The notes: generated by a model from the letters alone, not told the origin. A DNA stretch of 64,000 bases from Collinsella sp. (GCA_048189345.1 DBEZGO010000044.1:457-64456), one strand, 5' to 3'. Positions 1 to 10,297 are shown, counted from the first letter of the stretch. Made by a program: numbers and translations.

Positions 1-251
1 AGCAGCATCCGCTTGAACTCGAAGCGCGAGGCAAACACCATGAGCGGCAACGACAGCAGCATGACGCCCCAGGCATAGACCGAGATCATGATGCCAGCTT
101 GGGCCTCGGTGAGCGAAAACGATGCAGCGATGTCGGTCAGCAGGCCGATGGGCATGAACTCCGACGTGTTGAATACGAACGCGCAGCAGGTGAGCCCGAT
201 GAGCGGGAGCCACTGCCTGAGCGTGATGCCGTCTTGCTTTGTTTGAGCCAT
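1..251 (-). CDS. MFS transporter (SotB/DHA1-like sugar efflux family), N-terminal part; runs off the window
   Basis: Manual translation from ATG at 251: MAQTKQDGITLRQWLPLIGLTCCAFVFNTSEFMPIGLLTDIAASFSLTEAQAGIMISVYAWG; the TSEFMPIGLL motif is typical of DHA1/SotB MFS proteins. Confidence 0.85.
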   Translation of the reverse strand, partial: MAQTKQDGITLRQWLPLIGLTCCAFVFNTSEFMPIGLLTDIAASFSLTEAQAGIMISVYAWGVMLLSLPLMVFASRFEFKRML

Positions 252-426
252 ATTGGAAAACCTCTCCGATTATCTTGAGCGGTGGGCGATTATAGCAATG
301 AGAAGTCTATAAAATGAGCAACAAAAGAATTCTTGGAAAACGATTGTTAACAGACGGCGCGCCAATTCTGCTTAGAAAGCAAGGTACACAGGAACTCAAT
401 GTCGAAAACGCGGCTTCATCTTCGGG

Positions 427-1254
427 CTATCGCGCCTGCTCGGATACGCACAAGGACACCCCCATGAGCACGTCAATTTCGAGCCAACTCGCAACCGCAC
501 AATGAACTAGCAAAAGCAGCATATAAGCAAACGCCCCATAATAAAGTCCCTCATGCACAAGCGCCGTCACTGAAAGTGCCGACGGCAGCGCCGCACTCGA
601 AACTACCCATCCAACAAGAACCTGGATAGCGCAACTTGCAACCAGGTTCCATGCCACCAGCAGCGTTGCGGGACGCGCGATTTCTCTCCAGGAGGAACGA
701 AGCACCGTGACCGAATGCATGATGTAGCGTGGTGCAAACCGAATGCCTCGTAGTCCCCTCTGCTCCACGTCCGCATCTTCAATTAACACGAATACGAACG
801 ACGCGGAAAGAAGCGTCACGATTACTGCCACCACAAGCGAGCACAACACCCCGAGCTGACTGCTCGCAAGCGAGGCAAAGACTACAATTGCCGATAAAAT
901 CAAGTGAACCAAATAAATTAGCAGCGCCCCAGAAATCTGGAGGGGAACCGTCGAGGCCAAGAGATAAACCGGAGGGGTTCGAGCAGGTTGCACCGTCTCT
1001 TTGGACCGGTCGACGGCAAATAATGAAAAAGCCACATTCGATAGAAGCAGGTTTAAAAAGGCCGCGACCACAGTGCAAATAAGCGTAATGGACGGATTGA
1101 TATAGGCGAGCTCAGTTGCAACGTTTGATACACCAATTTGAAGCGCGCTCATAACAAACAAGGGGATATATAACGCCATCGTGCAGCCACTCCGGCATTC
1201 CTTCGCCCGATCGCCCGATTCCAGAAAGACATTGAAGTTCTCTCGCAAGTTCAC
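427..1254 (-). CDS. Hypothetical multi-pass membrane protein
   Basis: 275-aa ORF with several hydrophobic segments, co-oriented downstream of the GH4 gene; no recognised family motif; start uncertain. Confidence 0.55.
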   Translation of the reverse strand: MNLRENFNVFLESGDRAKECRSGCTMALYIPLFVMSALQIGVSNVATELAYINPSITLICTVVAAFLNLLLSNVAFSLFAVDRSKETVQPARTPPVYLLASTVPLQISGALLIYLVHLILSAIVVFASLASSQLGVLCSLVVAVIVTLLSASFVFVLIEDADVEQRGLRGIRFAPRYIMHSVTVLRSSWREIARPATLLVAWNLVASCAIQVLVGWVVSSAALPSALSVTALVHEGLYYGAFAYMLLLLVHCAVASWLEIDVLMGVSLCVSEQAR

Positions 1255-1344
1255 TCTATACCCGTTTTCTTACTAAGCAGGGCGAACGGGCGCCAATATA
1301 AACGCCGGTCCGCCCATCCATAATTTCTAGTTTTAACGTCCAGA

Positions 1345-2718
1345 CTAGTCTGTCCAGCCGTCGATGTAGTCGCGGTTAAGCTCAAAGTACTGCGCGGCGA
1401 TATCTTTCGCCAAGGAGTACGAATTAACGAGCGGGTGCATCGCGAGGCTCTCGACAATGTCGCGCTTCGATCGGTTAACGATGCCACGCGCCACGGTGCG
1501 CTCGTAGTACTTGACGCGACGAATCAATTCGAGGTTTCCCGCGGGCACAGAATCGGCTTCGACGCGATGCGGCACGCAGCCATCGGTGGAGATATCGCAC
1601 GTTGACTCAATGACATCTGTATCGAGAAGGCCGGGGATGGCGCCATTGTTGGGGGTGCACAGGATCATCTGCTGCGTCTTGCCAGAGCGAGCAATATCCA
1701 TGAAGCGGAGCGCGACACCTGCATATCCGCCAGCATCTTTGCCGTACACGTCAAACGTCCACGGCTTGTCGCGATGAATACCCGTCTCGGCCGCCATGTA
1801 GTTGTTTTCGCGCATTCCGTACCACTTCTCAAAGCACGCGAGGCCTTTTTCGAAGTCGTTCTCAATATCGATAGATGCAAGCTCGCTCGTCATTTCTCGA
1901 TTAATTTCTTCGATTAGTTCGCCGCGCGTCTGGGGCGAAGAGAGAACGTTGGCAACGGCGCGCTCGCGATAGTAGAAATAGTATAGGTACTCATTTGGCA
2001 CGCATCCGCGATTTAGGACGAGGTCCTTCTCGAAGAACCTAAGATCTGTATGAGCATATGCCCCGTCGTCGTGGATCAAGTCGGACATGATGTCCTCGCC
2101 GTCAACCGTCACATTGCGGAAGAACGAGAGGTGGTTGAGTCCATAGCACTCGCCCTGAACCGATGCGGGATCAACGCCTTTATACTCGGCAAACTGATGC
2201 AACATGCCCGAGGGGGCATCGCAAATGCCATAAGTAAAATCATAGCCCATATCGCGTAGGGCCTGAGATACGACGCCAGCGGGATTAGTAAAGTTAAACA
2301 CCTTGACGTCCGGCTTTGCGTACTTCTTGATTAACTCGCAATACGAAGCAAGCGCAGGGACGGAGCGCATGGCAAAAGACACGCCGGCTGCGCCAGTCGT
2401 CTCTTGGCCAAGAACCCCATGCGAAAGAGCAATGCGCTCATCGCGAACGCGCATATGGTCCCCACCGACGCGAATCGTCGTGATCACGTAATCGGCGTCC
2501 TTAACGGCCTCGACTGCATCGCCCGTCAGTGAAAAATTAAGCGTGGGGCAAAGCATGCCCGAGACATGGGCGGCAAGGCCACCGTAGATGCGCAGCTTCT
2601 CGGGATCATTGTCCATAAACACAAGTTCGTCAATCCCAAGCGATGACGCCTGCTGGGCTATGCTCTTTGCCAAAAACATGGAGCGGACGCCACCGCCACC
2701 TATGACCGTAAGTTTCAT
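1345..2718 (-). CDS. Family 4 glycoside hydrolase (NAD+/Mn2+-dependent 6-phospho-glycosidase)
   Basis: Start MKLTVIGGGG at 2718; GH4 motifs TIRVGG, GQETTGAAG, NFTNP, GICD, GLNH. Confidence 0.92.
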   Translation of the reverse strand: MKLTVIGGGGVRSMFLAKSIAQQASSLGIDELVFMDNDPEKLRIYGGLAAHVSGMLCPTLNFSLTGDAVEAVKDADYVITTIRVGGDHMRVRDERIALSHGVLGQETTGAAGVSFAMRSVPALASYCELIKKYAKPDVKVFNFTNPAGVVSQALRDMGYDFTYGICDAPSGMLHQFAEYKGVDPASVQGECYGLNHLSFFRNVTVDGEDIMSDLIHDDGAYAHTDLRFFEKDLVLNRGCVPNEYLYYFYYRERAVANVLSSPQTRGELIEEINREMTSELASIDIENDFEKGLACFEKWYGMRENNYMAAETGIHRDKPWTFDVYGKDAGGYAGVALRFMDIARSGKTQQMILCTPNNGAIPGLLDTDVIESTCDISTDGCVPHRVEADSVPAGNLELIRRVKYYERTVARGIVNRSKRDIVESLAMHPLVNSYSLAKDIAAQYFELNRDYIDGWTD

Positions 2719-2893
2719 ATCGAAACCCCCAATTAGCACATTCAATATTGCATGGTTCGCCTGTGTTTGGATATTGTATCCAGCATGGAGGGCCGCTTCC
2801 CGCCCCGGTTGCAAGGCGGGAAAGGAATTCCCCAAGGAGTTATTATTTACGCAACGGAAGCGGCCACACACGTCCGGCGGGAAGGAAGCACCG

Positions 2894-3646
2894 ATGGTTG
2901 ATAAAAAGCAGATTTCCAAGCTCTACTCAGCCGCAAAGCTATCCGAAACCGAGCAAAGCGTACTCGAATACCTACTCAACAATATCGACACCCTCGATGA
3001 TATTGGCATAAAACCCGTCGCCATGGCATGCTTTACCAGCATGACGACAGTCATCAGGCTTTCGAAAAAGCTCGGCTACCGTGGCTACCGCGAAATGATG
3101 TACGATCTCAAGCACCTTCAGCATGTCTCCCGCGAAATGAATCAATCACTCAAAGACAGTAGCGTCCACTTCGTATGTCACACCGGAGATGTAGACGTAT
3201 TCATCGCCGCACTGCATCGCAACAGAATGATCGGAGTAAACGGAGAGGGCTTCTCACGCATCGTTGCGCAGTACATGGCGACTAAGCTCGTTGGACTTGG
3301 CTTTTTGGCCGTCATACAGGACTTCCTAGAAACCGATCAGTTTGTCGAATCCAACCGAAATACGCTCAGCTGCATGATGCTCATATCCAAATCGGGCCAG
3401 ACAGAAGCCATCCTGGAAACCGCAAGGGCATGCCACGACGCGGGCATTACGACCCTCGCGTTTACCGGCAACGAAGACAGCGAGCTCGCCAAGACGGCAG
3501 ACGCGATCTTTACGATACATGACGATCACCCAATGGATCTTAAGAACGTTAAGCCTAACTGCTTTACCGGAAGTTGTATTCTCGCATTCGAAGAACTATT
3601 GAGTATCTGCCTTGACAATCTAAAACAAGAAGGCCTGGCCCCCTAA
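2894..3646 (+). CDS. MurR/RpiR family transcriptional regulator (HTH + SIS)
   Basis: LSETEQSVLEYL..TSMTTVIRLSKKLGYRGYREM HTH; ISKSGQT and FTGNEDSELAK SIS motifs; RBS GAAGGA before ATG 2894; divergent from GH4. Confidence 0.9.
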   Translation: MVDKKQISKLYSAAKLSETEQSVLEYLLNNIDTLDDIGIKPVAMACFTSMTTVIRLSKKLGYRGYREMMYDLKHLQHVSREMNQSLKDSSVHFVCHTGDVDVFIAALHRNRMIGVNGEGFSRIVAQYMATKLVGLGFLAVIQDFLETDQFVESNRNTLSCMMLISKSGQTEAILETARACHDAGITTLAFTGNEDSELAKTADAIFTIHDDHPMDLKNVKPNCFTGSCILAFEELLSICLDNLKQEGLAP

Positions 3647-3708
3647 ATCATGCGATAGGAAGCCAAGCCCTGGAATTGCGCTATGCAATTGAAAGCCACT
3701 TGCGCGTT

Positions 3709-5372
3709 TTACTCGTCACCGAGAACTTCGTGCACCTCAGAAGCGACTTCGCCGACACGAGGACCGTAAATGACCTGGATTGCCTTGTCGCTCAGGCGGA
3801 TAACGCCCATAGCTTCAAGATTCTTGGTGAACACCTCGTCGTCTGCAACCTTAGAACCATCCTTGACAATCACGCGAAGACGTGAGATGCAGTTGTCAAG
3901 ATCATCAATGTTGTCGGCTCCACCAAGCGCTTCGACAATGCCAACAGCAAGCGCGCTGTCCTTGGTCGCACGGCCCTGGACTGCCTTCTCGGGAGTGCTA
4001 TCAGACTCGCCCTTTGCCTCAGCGGCCTTTGCCTCGAACTCGGCTCTGCTGTTGATCAACTCAATATCGTCACCATCGTCTCGACCGGGCGTCTTGATAT
4101 CGAACTTAGTAATAAAGAACCGGAAGAGGAAGAAAGCTGCCAGGAAAAAGGCGGGGAGCAGGATAAGGTACGGAAGCAGATTAAGCTTCTCGGGGCGGAA
4201 TAAGAATGGGATCAGGTCCTTGATATTTCCCTGGTACACCGAAACGCCCATTGCCTCCGAGAGAACTTCACCCAGTCCGGAAAGCGGAGCGTAAACGCCA
4301 AAGTAGAGCCAGGGGGCGGCAAACAGGAACGTAAAGAGAATAGGCTCCGTAACGCCAAAGAAAACAGTCGAAATCACTGTGGGGATTAAAAGACCAGCAA
4401 CCTTCTTGCGGTTCTGGGGCTTGGCACAAGACCACATAGCAAGGGCGATGCCCGGGAACAACGCGTAATCGTTAATGCCATAGCCAGCCATGAAGGCCCT
4501 AACCAAGAGCTTGTCACTGCTGGGAGAAGCGAGCTGTGCAAGCTGAATGGCGCTATTGCCCACCACGCGCGTTCCATCGACGACCATGGAGCCGCCAAGC
4601 TCAGTCCAATACATGGGCGTCTCGAGCAGCGGATGCAAGCCAAACGGCACAAGGCTCTCGAGCACCCAGCGATAGACAAACGTACCGACCAGACCGGAGC
4701 CTTTCACGAACGTCGCAATACCCGAGAAACATCCACCGATGACGGGCCAGACGAAGTACATGATGCCACCCAGGATGCCACCGGCGACCAGCGATACAAT
4801 GGGGACCGTTCGACTGCCCGCAAAAACGCCAGCGCCGTTGGAAGCTTGGTCTTGTAAAAACGGCCAGTGATCCAGGCGACCAGGCAGCCCACGATAATGC
4901 CGCCAAAGACACCAGAGCTGTAGCCAAAAAAGCCGAGCGAGGTAGTGTAGAGTGCGGACTGCTCACTCGCCTGAATGGACGTAAGGCCGACCTTCTGAAG
5001 AGCTTCCACCGTTGTATTGTCGGCAGCCAAGCCAGCTGCTCCAAGCAGAATCTCAACCGTCTTGAGCATGGTGAGATAGCAGACAAGGGCAGAAAAGGCA
5101 GCCCAGCCCTTCTCTTTGCGAGACAAGGAGAAGGCGCAGCCGACGGCAAACAAAACACCGAGGTTTCCAATGATTACCTCGCCGAGACCCTTAAATACCG
5201 AGAAGAACGTAAAGAGCGGCGAAGCGGCATACCAGTCCCAATTAACGCCAAGGGACACAAGGGTCAGTTCGGTCGTAAAAACGCTACCGATACCTAAAAA
5301 GAGACCGGAAATGGCAATGAGCGTAATCGGAACGAGCATTGCCTTTCCGAACGATTGGAATTTTTCTTTCAT
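3709..5372 (-). pseudogene. PTS glucose-family EIICB transporter, frameshifted at an A5 run (4822-4826)
   Basis: N-part MKEKFQSFGKAMLVPI..GVFGGIIVG..KLPTALAF and C-part ..LVPFGLH..GVTEPILFTFLF..DIKTPGR..DNCISRLRV lie in different frames; adding one T restores LAFFAGSRTVP and a 554-aa ORF. Confidence 0.85.
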
Positions 5373-5686
5373 CAATTCCCTCCTCAATGAGCCTCTACAA
5401 ACGACTATTGCACCCCACGTCCCCACACAGGCGAAACGGAAGACATGCTCGGCAATAGACACAAAGTGATTGTAGAAAGGGGCACAAAAAATGTGCATCG
5501 GCATCGCGTAATGCGGTTAAATCGACCGACGATTGCAAGTATTTACGAATCCGCAAACGGCAGCAAATAGGCAGCGAACGGCAACCTGCAGCGTAGGACA
5601 GTCCCCGCAGGCCGACAATTACCGGTATTTTGGCTCATATTTGTTGAATTGTTGCTCGCCCAAAAGCGCAGAGCATCAACGCGCCC

Positions 5687-8047
5687 CTAAGCCAACCCCA
5701 GCAATATGCCCGCCGAATGCACGACAAACGCCACGATCCAGGCAACGGCGACCTGAAACGCGAATACGGCCACGGCATAGCGCGCGCCCAACTCGCTCTT
5801 GACGGCGCCGATGGCCGCCACGCAGGGCGGGTACAGCAACGTAAAGACCAGGAACACGTAAGCGGTAAACGGCGAAAACATGGTCGACAGTGCCGCGGGT
5901 GAGGTCGCGCCCAAAAGCACGGTGAGGGTCGAGATGACACTCTCCTTGGCGATAAGTCCGGTGACGAGCGCCGTGGATGCGCGCCAATCGCCAAAGCCAA
6001 GCGGCGCCAGCGCCGGCGCGATGATGCTGCCGAGGCCCGCAAGCAGGCTTTGCGACTGATCGGCGACCACATTAAAGCGGATATCGAACGTCTGAAGGAA
6101 CCAGATGACCACCGTAGCGGCAAAGATAATGGTAAAGGCCTTGGTGATGAAGTCCTTGGCCTTATCCCATGCCAGCATCACCGTCGTCTTGACGCTCGGC
6201 AGGCGGTAATTGGGGAGCTCCATGATAAACGGCACCGGGTCGCCCTTAAATGCCGTGCGGTTGAGCACCAAAGCCGCGACGCAGCCGACCACGATACCGA
6301 TCAGATAGAGCGAGACCATGGCGGGAACCGTCGCCTGCGGGAAAAACGCCCCGCACAGCAAGCCGTAAACCGGCAGCTTGGCTGAGCAGCTCATAAACGG
6401 CGTGAGCATGACCGTCATCTTGCGGTCGTGCTCGGATGGGAGCGTACGGGTCGACATGATAGCCGGCACGGTGCAGCCAAAACCGACGAGCATGGGCACG
6501 AAACTGCGGCCCGACAGGCCGAAGCGACGCAACACCTTATCCATGACAAAGGCCACGCGCGCCATGTATCCGGAGTCTTCCAGAATGGAGAGGAACAAAA
6601 AGAGCACGACGATAATCGGCAGGAAGGTCAGCACACTGCCCACGCCCGTAAGCACGCCGTCGACAGCCAGCGAGCGCACCACGTCGTTGGTTCCGAATGC
6701 CTTGAGGCCCGCATCGGCCGAGGCGATGATGGCAGCAATACCGTCCTCCATGAGTCCCTGCAACGCCGCGCCGATCACGCCAAACGTCAGCCAAAAGACG
6801 AGGCCCATGATCACCAGAAACGCCGGAATGGCTGTGTAACGACCTGTCAGGATGCGGTCAATCTTGACGGAGCGCACGTGTTCGCGGCTCTCGTGCGGCT
6901 TGACGACGCAGCGCCCGCACACGTCGCCGATAAAGCTAAAACGCATATCGGCCAGCGCAGATAGGCGGTCGGTGCCGGCCTCGCCTTCCATCTGGGTAAT
7001 GATGTGCTCGATAGCGTCGAGCTCATTGCGATCCAGGTGAAGCGCCTCGGTTACCAGCTCATCGCCCTCGACCAGCTTGGTCGCCGCAAAGCGCACCGGG
7101 ATGTGCGCCGTCACGGCATGGTCCTCGATCAGGTTAGCAATACCGTGGATGCAGCGATGCAGCGCACCGCCGTCCGGACCGTCGGGCGCGCAAAAGTCCA
7201 GGCGACCAGGGCGCTCGCGGAACCGCGCCACGTGCAGGGCGTGGTCCACCAGCTCGCCGATGCCCTCGTTGCGGGCAGCGCTAATGGGGACAACGGGCAC
7301 GCCCAACAGGCTCTCGAGCAAGTTGACGTCTACGGCGCCGCCGTTGGCGGTCACCTCGTCCATCATGTTGAGCGCGATGACCATAGGACGGTCAAGCTCC
7401 ATGAGCTGCAGTGTCAGGTACAGGTTACGCTCGATGTTGGTGGCGTCAATGATGTCGATGATGGCGTCCGGGCGCTCGTCAAGGATGAACTGACGGCTCA
7501 CGACCTCTTCGCCTGTGTACGGCGACAGGGAGTAAATGCCAGGCAGGTCGGTAACGCTCGCCTCGGGATGATTACGGATGGTGCCATCTTTGCGGTCGAC
7601 CGTCACGCCGGGAAAGTTACCGACGTGCTGGTTGGAGCCCGTCAGCTGGTTGAATAACGTGGTCTTGCCGCAGTTTTGGTTGCCGGCGAGGGCAAAGTGC
7701 AGCGGCGCGCCCTCGGGCACGGCCGTCTTTGCCGCACGGGGCGAATACGTCCCCTCGCCCAGAGCCGGATGCTCCGTCGTGCCGATTGCGGCGTTAGCGC
7801 GCGGGCCGGTATCGGTGTCGTGAATACCCACGAGCTCGATGCGAGCGGCATCGTCCTTGCGCAGTGTCAACTCGTAGCCACGCAGGCGGATCTCGAGCGG
7901 GTCACCCATGGGGGCGTACTTCATCATGGTGACTTCGGTGCCCGGCGTTAGGCCCATGTCCAAAATATGCTGTCGGAGTGCCTGATCGTCCGATGCCACC
8001 GATGCGACAACGGCGTCCTTTCCAATCTCGAGTGTATCGAGCTTCAC
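5687..8047 (-). CDS. feoB: Ferrous iron transporter, FeoA-FeoB fusion
   Basis: N-terminal FeoA (LDMGLTPGTEV..APMGDPLEIRLRGYELTLR); G-motifs GNQNCGKT, VGNFPGVT, DLPG, NMMD; GFGC and FMSCSAKL; GTG start at 8047 after GAGGA. Confidence 0.93.
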   Translation of the reverse strand: MKLDTLEIGKDAVVASVASDDQALRQHILDMGLTPGTEVTMMKYAPMGDPLEIRLRGYELTLRKDDAARIELVGIHDTDTGPRANAAIGTTEHPALGEGTYSPRAAKTAVPEGAPLHFALAGNQNCGKTTLFNQLTGSNQHVGNFPGVTVDRKDGTIRNHPEASVTDLPGIYSLSPYTGEEVVSRQFILDERPDAIIDIIDATNIERNLYLTLQLMELDRPMVIALNMMDEVTANGGAVDVNLLESLLGVPVVPISAARNEGIGELVDHALHVARFRERPGRLDFCAPDGPDGGALHRCIHGIANLIEDHAVTAHIPVRFAATKLVEGDELVTEALHLDRNELDAIEHIITQMEGEAGTDRLSALADMRFSFIGDVCGRCVVKPHESREHVRSVKIDRILTGRYTAIPAFLVIMGLVFWLTFGVIGAALQGLMEDGIAAIIASADAGLKAFGTNDVVRSLAVDGVLTGVGSVLTFLPIIVVLFLFLSILEDSGYMARVAFVMDKVLRRFGLSGRSFVPMLVGFGCTVPAIMSTRTLPSEHDRKMTVMLTPFMSCSAKLPVYGLLCGAFFPQATVPAMVSLYLIGIVVGCVAALVLNRTAFKGDPVPFIMELPNYRLPSVKTTVMLAWDKAKDFITKAFTIIFAATVVIWFLQTFDIRFNVVADQSQSLLAGLGSIIAPALAPLGFGDWRASTALVTGLIAKESVISTLTVLLGATSPAALSTMFSPFTAYVFLVFTLLYPPCVAAIGAVKSELGARYAVAVFAFQVAVAWIVAFVVHSAGILLGLA

Positions 8048-8089
8048 GTCCGTGTTCCTCCCCCGGCGCCCACAGGGCGTTGCATTTAT

Positions 8090-8122
8090 GTTCACCTTGG
8101 CTAACCGTTTGCCACGGCTAAC
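8090..8122. promoter_or_regulatory. Two tandem imperfect 16-bp palindromes (GTTAGCC-nn-GGCTAAC-like) upstream of feoAB; candidate metal-repressor operators
   Basis: GTTCACCTTGGCTAAC (8090-8105) and GTTTGCCACGGCTAAC (8107-8122), about 45 bp upstream of the start codon. Confidence 0.55.
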
Positions 8123-8205
8123 CAATTTAACCATGCATGATAGCGCGAACACACAACGATGTTCAATCAGCAAATTGGCGCAATGGGGACAGGCAGGAGA
8201 GTTCA

Positions 8206-8406
8206 GGGCCATAGTTTCCCGATGAGGCCTCTCGGGGAAACTACATCCCAGAATTCCGGCTCGAAACGGGATATGGTTTCCCAAACAGACCTCTTACGGA
8301 AAATGCATCCCGGAATCCCCGCTCGAAACGGGACGCGCTTTCCCAGTCGAGGCCCTATGGGAAACTGCGTCCCACCTTGAAAGGCAAAACTGGGGCGCAG
8401 TTTCCG
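8206..8406. repeat. Array of alternating 15-bp inverted repeats, 62-bp period
   Basis: GGG-N-TTTCC arms at 8206, 8268, 8330, 8392; complementary GGAAA-N-TCCC arms at 8235, 8297, 8359. Confidence 0.8.
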
Positions 8407-8519
8407 GACGGGGCATCAAAAACGAAGTTGCGGTGGAATAGTTCCTGGATGGGCTGGTTGATGCCCCAGATAGGAACTATTTCACCGCAAGTTATTGAAG
8501 GGCTTGGATGCCGGGACTC

Positions 8520-9419
8520 TTACAGATGGCGCTCCAGGAAGCGGAAGGCTAGGCGGATCCAGGGACGGACCGCCACCTGCTTGTCCTCGTTGTCGACCGC
8601 GGTGTTGGCGTTGCCGAGCGAAAGGCCGTGACCACCCTGGTCGAAGACGTGCATCTCGCATGCAACGCCCTCCTCGGCCATGCGCTGCGCAAACGGGTAG
8701 ACCTGCGCGATCGGCGCCGTCTTGTCGTCGGACACGCCCCACACAAAGGTCGGTGGCATCTGACGCGAAACATGCGTGGTGGGGCAGATGTCGGCCAGAT
8801 GCTCGTCAGTTGCCTCGCCGCCCGTCACCATCGACAGGTAGTCGTTGAGCAGATCGCGCCCCGTCTTGCCGCCCGTCTTGGGCACACGCAAGTCAATGCG
8901 CGGATCGCGCGTCTGCATGTCGCGCACATAGGCAAAGTCTAGCAATGGATAGCCCAGCACCACGGCATCGGGACGAATGTCGTCCGGACGCGCCCCGGCA
9001 AGTGCCGCAAAGGGGCCGGTCTTCCACTGTGTTGCCAGCGAGGCGCAAATCATGCCGCCAGCAGAAAAGCCCACGACGCACACGCGCTTAGGATCGACAT
9101 GCCACTCGTCGGCGTTGGCGCGCACCGTGGCGACCATCTTGGCAAGATCTGCCTGGGGGTGCGGAAAGCCCACGTCACCCGTAGAACTCGTGACATAGTT
9201 GAGCACAAAGGCCTGGTAACCGTGATCCAAAAACGCAAACGCCACAGGATCCTGCTCATGCGGAGCGATATGCGTAAACGCACCTCCGCCACAGATAATC
9301 ACGGCAGGGCGGCGGCCATTCGGTTTATCGGGCAGCGGCTCGGCACCCAAATACGTAAATGTCGCCGGATATTCCTCGGTCGGCTCCTCGCCCCACAGCG
9401 CATGGTTCTCGACAATCAT
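8520..9419 (-). CDS. Alpha/beta hydrolase (acetyl esterase/lipase family)
   Basis: ICGGGAF oxyanion loop, GFSAGG nucleophile elbow, DDKTAP, GGHGL; RBS AAGGGAG before ATG 9419. Confidence 0.88.
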   Translation of the reverse strand: MIVENHALWGEEPTEEYPATFTYLGAEPLPDKPNGRRPAVIICGGGAFTHIAPHEQDPVAFAFLDHGYQAFVLNYVTSSTGDVGFPHPQADLAKMVATVRANADEWHVDPKRVCVVGFSAGGMICASLATQWKTGPFAALAGARPDDIRPDAVVLGYPLLDFAYVRDMQTRDPRIDLRVPKTGGKTGRDLLNDYLSMVTGGEATDEHLADICPTTHVSRQMPPTFVWGVSDDKTAPIAQVYPFAQRMAEEGVACEMHVFDQGGHGLSLGNANTAVDNEDKQVAVRPWIRLAFRFLERHL

Positions 9420-9604
9420 ATGTGCTCCCTTCGCGCAAATTATGCGCCCTTGTTTTTCGCCTTCAAGCGTACCCCACTTGAACCCGTGGCGCAGAAACAC
9501 TCCGGCAATAAGTTTCCCTTCAACTGATATATCACATAATCCCAGTTCAGAGGTATCGTTGAGCAGCGTAGAATAGGGGCGTTGACCAAGCCGCGAAACA
9601 CATG

Positions 9605-9616
9605 TGAAACGTTTCC
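9605..9616. promoter_or_regulatory. LacI-family-like operator TGAAACGTTTCC upstream of EIIA
   Basis: CG-centred near-palindrome about 50 bp upstream of the EIIA start. Confidence 0.35.
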
Positions 9617-9662
9617 GGCAAACCAAACGCGCGATATGCGCCTATTTAAGTTGGAGGCAACT

Positions 9663-10226
9663 ATGGGTCTGCTCGATTCGCTTAAGTCCACCTTCACCTC
9701 GACCGGCGAGGCGTCCGTTCCGCCCGCAGCAAGCTTCGCTACCCGCGAAGGCGTCATCTACGCCCCCGTCAACGGCGTGCTCGTCAACCTGGACGAGGTT
9801 CCCGACGAGACGATCGCCTCGGGCATGCTTGGCCAGGGCTATGGCATCGAGCCCATTACCGGCACCATCTATGCGCCCGCCAACGGCCGCATCGGCGCCA
9901 CCACTGTCACCAACCACTCCATTGGCATGATCACCGAGGACGGTCTTCGCGTGTTCATCCATGTTGGCCTGGGTACCGTGGAAATGAACGGCAAGGGTTT
10001 TGCCCGCTTTGTCGAGATGGGCGATGTGGTCAAGGCAGGCCAGCCGCTCATCAGCTTCGACCGCGAGGCCATTAAGGCCGCTGGTCACGAGGACATCGTG
10101 ACCGTCATCGTCTCCGAGCTCGACCGTCTTAAGAGCATCGACCATGTCGGCGAGTCCGGAACGCTTATCGGCGGCAACCCGCTCGTCAAGCTGGGCGACC
10201 CGCTGCTGGTGGCCAAGACCAAGTAG
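9663..10226 (+). CDS. PTS glucose-family EIIA component
   Basis: [34 protein letters not shown] (phospho-His) motifs; RBS GGAGG. Confidence 0.92.
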   Translation: MGLLDSLKSTFTSTGEASVPPAASFATREGVIYAPVNGVLVNLDEVPDETIASGMLGQGYGIEPITGTIYAPANGRIGATTVTNHSIGMITEDGLRVFIHVGLGTVEMNGKGFARFVEMGDVVKAGQPLISFDREAIKAAGHEDIVTVIVSELDRLKSIDHVGESGTLIGGNPLVKLGDPLLVAKTK

Positions 10227-10263
10227 CCAAGTCCCGCGCCACACAGCCAAAAGGCACCTCGTC

Positions 10264-10297
10264 AAGCGCCCGCGACCATTTGACCGCGGGCGCTTTT
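10264..10297 (+). terminator. Intrinsic terminator after EIIA
   Basis: AAGCGCCCGCG / CGCGGGCGCTTTT stem followed by a T tract. Confidence 0.75.

Noticed and set aside
4601..5170. 189-aa ORF within the PTS region
   Set aside because: Third-frame overlap of the frameshifted EIICB gene; no motifs
8206..8406. Possible CRISPR or guide-RNA array, or an N-terminal extension of FeoB (ORF start 8284)
   Set aside because: Arms are degenerate and spacers are related; FeoA homology and the RBS place the start at 8047
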